Positions 63,160 through 64,000 of a stretch of 64,000 bases of DNA are shown piece after piece (the first letter of the stretch is position 1; every line of letters begins with the position of its first letter). The notes under the pieces are model-generated. The model was given only the letters and a program-made list of their open reading frames with translations. It ran no database searches and was not told the DNA's origin. A program made the position numbers and the translations under genes. The stretch lies in assembly GCF_009914755.1 (NCBI RefSeq), contig NC_060925.1; one strand, 5' to 3'. Origin of the DNA: the human T2T-CHM13v2.0 reference genome, Homo sapiens.

Positions 63160-64000
63160 CCATTTATTCATTAATTCATTTTTACCTATTAAGCTAAGGT
63201 ACGGTACTAAGCACTGGAGATATAACAGTGAACAAATAGACAAAGAACTTTTCCTAACAGAGGATATCAGTCAAGGGAGAAAGCTGAGAAAATTATATTT
63301 ATTTGCACAGTTAAGTAAATAAAATACGAGGTGTTAAGTGCTAAAAAGAGAGAAGCACATAATTTAGGAGGGCATCAAACAAAAATCTCTAAGGGTCAGG
63401 GGTGGCTTCCCAAAAGAAGTTCAACAGAGACCAGGCAGAAGAAAGACAATTAGCTAAGAAAAGGTAGTAAAAGGGAAAGGGTTCCCGGGGTTGTTCCAAA
63501 CAGAAGAGATAACATGCAGAAACGTTTTTAGGCAAAGCACAGGACTTTAGGACCACAAACAGCTTTGGCGTGACTTGGAGTGAAAAAAGAGTTGAGACTC
63601 AAGAGGAAGAAAGGAATCAATTACACAGTGCTCTATAAAACCAAAACTGTACTCAGACTAGACTAACTAGGACGGAGTTTTAAAGACAGGAATCAATTAC
63701 ACAGTGCTCTATAAAACCAAGACTGGACTCAGACTAGACTGAGTTTTAACCTGAGTTTTCAGTCAGACTAGGATGGAGTTTTAACCTGGAGAATCACAAA
63801 AGTTTTGCATTTTACAAAGATCATTCACATCAGAACAAGAAGAATGGATTAGAATGGAACAAGACTCTAGAGAAAGACCAATTAAGGAGCTGTTGTGATA
63901 ATCCAAGAGAAAGTGGACTGTATTAAGGTAGTGGGGATGGAGATAGAAAAGGTAAGTAGGGTGAATTTGAGAGCTTTGTAAGATAGGCCCTATAGAACTT
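63160..64000 (-). mobile_element. L2 remnant
   Basis: 'catttattcattaattcatt...ctaagcactggagatataacagtgaacaaatagacaaag' L2 3' end in antisense. Confidence 0.65.
63612..63788. repeat. Complex local duplication (76-bp period plus nested micro-duplications)
   Basis: 63612-63664 matches 63688-63740 with 2 mismatches. Confidence 0.9.

Overview
Primate, most likely human, genomic DNA; from memory this is the AK5/ZZZ3 locus on 1p31. It holds the convergent 3' ends of two genes. On the + strand: about 21 kb of the last intron, the terminal exon (CDS 21460-21531) and the ~1.3 kb 3'UTR of adenylate kinase 5 (AK5). On the - strand: ten coding exons (47495 down to 28499) and a 3'UTR with two poly(A) signals of ZZZ3, the ATAC-complex subunit with SANT/Myb and ZZ zinc-finger domains; its upstream exons lie beyond the window. 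I assembled the exons by hand from GT-AG sites and they join into one uninterrupted reading frame. The rest is interspersed repeat: about 30 Alus, L1M, L2, MIR, Tigger/hAT DNA transposons and ERV LTRs. Repeat subfamily names come from recall and their boundaries are approximate. Almost all ORFs in the supplied track are Alu- or repeat-derived noise. I see no evidence of a new multi-gene system. The most interesting signals are small: a 56-bp 3'UTR segment copied into a ZZZ3 intron, an Alu-bracketed 336-nt stop-free exon trio (candidate circRNA), an A19/U19 pair at a splice acceptor, a NAGNAG acceptor, a tailless Alu with a perfect 15-bp TSD, an Alu-Alu-L1 composite inside one TSD, template-switch scars, and a possible Ile duplication at the AK5 C-terminus.
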